Part shown: positions 47,985-49,473 of the stretch, piece after piece
How positions within the stretch are numbered: position 1 is the first letter of the stretch
Layout of the letters: every line of letters starts with the position of its first letter
Assembly: GCA_045863315.1 (NCBI GenBank)
Contig: BTUX01000003.1
Coordinates: 1 to 49,473, forward strand
Length of the DNA: 49,473 nucleotides
Reading direction: 5' to 3'
Source: Candidatus Hydrogenedentota bacterium
GTDB taxonomy: Bacteria; Hydrogenedentota; Hydrogenedentia; Hydrogenedentales; SLHB01
The notes under the pieces: model-generated
What the model was told of the DNA's origin: nothing
The model's database searches: none
The model's input: the letters and a program-made list of their open reading frames with translations, nothing else
Made by a program: the position numbers and the translations under genes

Positions 47985-48884
47985 CTAAAACCCGTCAAAC
48001 GGACGGTTGTACCTCCCGAAGGTCCTCGCGCTGTCTATCGTCATCGGGAACCGTGTCGCCGGATACTTCAAAAACTCCACGTGTCCATCCAGATACAACA
48101 CGTTGCCCCCACCCGGTATGTGCGCGAAATCGTTCGTTGCGGTGGTGATGTGGTCCCACACCACCGGCACATTGCTCGACGCCTCGCTGCTCCTCGTCGG
48201 GTCGTTGATGTCCGTTATCATGAAACGCTCGATCCCCAGCTTCAGCCGGTGCATGATGTTTCCGCCGTTGACCTGCGTGCCGGCGTACGTTGGCGAGACC
48301 TCAAAACTCTTGTCGCTCGCCGCTCCGTTCGTGGCCACGTTGTACAGGGCAAGCTCGCCCCATGGCGTGTTCAAGAACTCCGCCTCCTCGAACCGGCCGT
48401 TGGGCCCCGTTCCCATCGTTCCCTTCAACGGCCCAAGGATGTTCACGTCATCCATGATCAGCCAGCCCGTGTAGTCAAACGGTTCCTTTGTGAGTTCGCA
48501 AGGGTCAACCCGTCCGTTGTTGTTGCCCATGCTTCCCTTGTCGTAGCGCGCGATGGGATCGCTCTGCGCAGACCACGATGGGCACCACACGATGTTCACA
48601 TCGGTCAGATACTCCGGCATCAGCGCGGGTCCGCTGAAGATCATCTCCCGACCCAGCGCGCCGTTGCACCGATAGGTCTGTCGCTGCGGCAGCCTGTCCT
48701 TGTGCTCGCCGCCATACATGTGAAAGATGATTCCCAATTGTTTCAGGTTGTTCTGACAGCTCGCGCGCCTTGCGGCTTCGCGCGCCCGCGCCAGGGCGGG
48801 CAGCAGGACGCCGGCAAGAATGCCGATGATGGCGATAACCACGAGCAGCTCAATGAGGGTAAATCCGGGGCGACGAGTGAGCAT
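47985..48884 (-). CDS. DUF1559 protein with prepilin-type N-terminal cleavage motif and H-X9-DG C-terminus
   Basis: [49 protein letters not shown]; AGGAGG RBS. Confidence 0.93.
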   Translation of the reverse strand: MLTRRPGFTLIELLVVIAIIGILAGVLLPALARAREAARRASCQNNLKQLGIIFHMYGGEHKDRLPQRQTYRCNGALGREMIFSGPALMPEYLTDVNIVWCPSWSAQSDPIARYDKGSMGNNNGRVDPCELTKEPFDYTGWLIMDDVNILGPLKGTMGTGPNGRFEEAEFLNTPWGELALYNVATNGAASDKSFEVSPTYAGTQVNGGNIMHRLKLGIERFMITDINDPTRSSEASSNVPVVWDHITTATNDFAHIPGGGNVLYLDGHVEFLKYPATRFPMTIDSARTFGRYNRPFDGF

Positions 48885-48963
48885 GATACAAGGGCCTCCT
48901 AATTGTTGTGTTGAGATGAAAGTTCGGGTTGCGATCCATTACGTCGACGTATGTTCAGCATAT

Positions 48964-49016
48964 AGAACAAATGAAAAGATAGCATAGTTATAAGCAATAT
49001 GCAAGTCTTTTGTTCT
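48964..49016 (-). promoter_or_regulatory. AT-rich promoter of the DUF1559 gene
   Basis: Minus strand TTGCAT, 17 bp, TATCTT with a TG extension; bracketed by AGAACAAA/TTTGTTCT inverted repeat. Confidence 0.45.
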
Positions 49017-49236
49017 CGTAATTTTTCACCAATCCCATACGCTGATCGAACCCATTCCTGCCCCGGCAGTCCATTCATAACTCGCCTAAATATAATGTCT
49101 TAAATACAATACAAACCTACCAGAGCTTCACCCTCGCCCGCGCCCCCTGCCCCGAGACTTTCCCTGTCCGTCCTTCGCTCGCTTCCAGTCGTGCTTCCGG
49201 ATCCGGTTTCACAACCAGCGCTCCTCGCCCTCCTCG

Positions 49237-49420
49237 CCCGCATTTCTCACCGGTCGCTCCCGATGACGGGAGCGACCGGTGAGAAATGCTCAGGAGATAG
49301 CATAAAAGTCTATCGGGTGAGGATTTTTCACACCAACAGCCCGTTTTACCTGTCGCTGCATAAAGGTATGTGCCGCACGAAGTTGTATCCTTCATGGCCC
49401 GCGGGTGTGAAAAATCCGGG
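49237..49420 (+). mobile_element. Double-hairpin MITE, copy 4 (subfamily B, 184 bp), imperfect duplication CTCG/CTAG
   Basis: CCCGCATTTCTCAC ... GTGAAAAATCCGGG; same length as and homologous to 22873-23056. Confidence 0.85.
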
Positions 49421-49473
49421 CTAGATTCCGCTGATGGATTGTGTTAGGCTCGTGTTATCTAGTGAGGCGAGCC

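Noticed and set aside
49117-49424. Short ORFs resembling those at 22739-23378 and 3423/47658
   Set aside because: The similarity is just translation of the MITE sequence.
1-49473. tRNA/rRNA genes, intact transposase or integrase, prophage
   Set aside because: None recognised by eye.

Overview
GC-rich bacterial DNA. DUF1559, DUF1553/DUF1549/DUF1501 and Tat-exported FAD proteins suggest a PVC-like lineage or Ca. Hydrogenedentes (inference). The main feature is a ~15.5 kb co-oriented nitrate-respiration cluster (3854-19211): alginate-export-type porin, Rrf2 regulator, diheme cytochrome c (NarC-like), narG, narH, narJ, a NarI fused through an internal twin-arginine motif to a Rieske [2Fe-2S] domain, a bc-type cytochrome b (PEWY), a monoheme cytochrome c, and two NarK transporters (one with a soluble insert). 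This looks like a cytoplasm-facing nitrate reductase covalently tethered to a Rieske/cytochrome b complex, and is the best candidate for an undescribed system. Also present: an arsR-arsM unit, an acyl-CoA dehydrogenase running off the left edge, four copies (two subfamilies) of a double-hairpin MITE with 4-bp target duplications (one interrupts a SLOG-like remnant), a Phd/VapC toxin-antitoxin pair, several gene remnants (sulfatase, Y1/RAYT transposase tail, NB-ARC/TPR), aroB, ppa, and an orphan FlgM-like gene with a sigma28 promoter. All family calls come from motif recognition by eye; no database searches were run.
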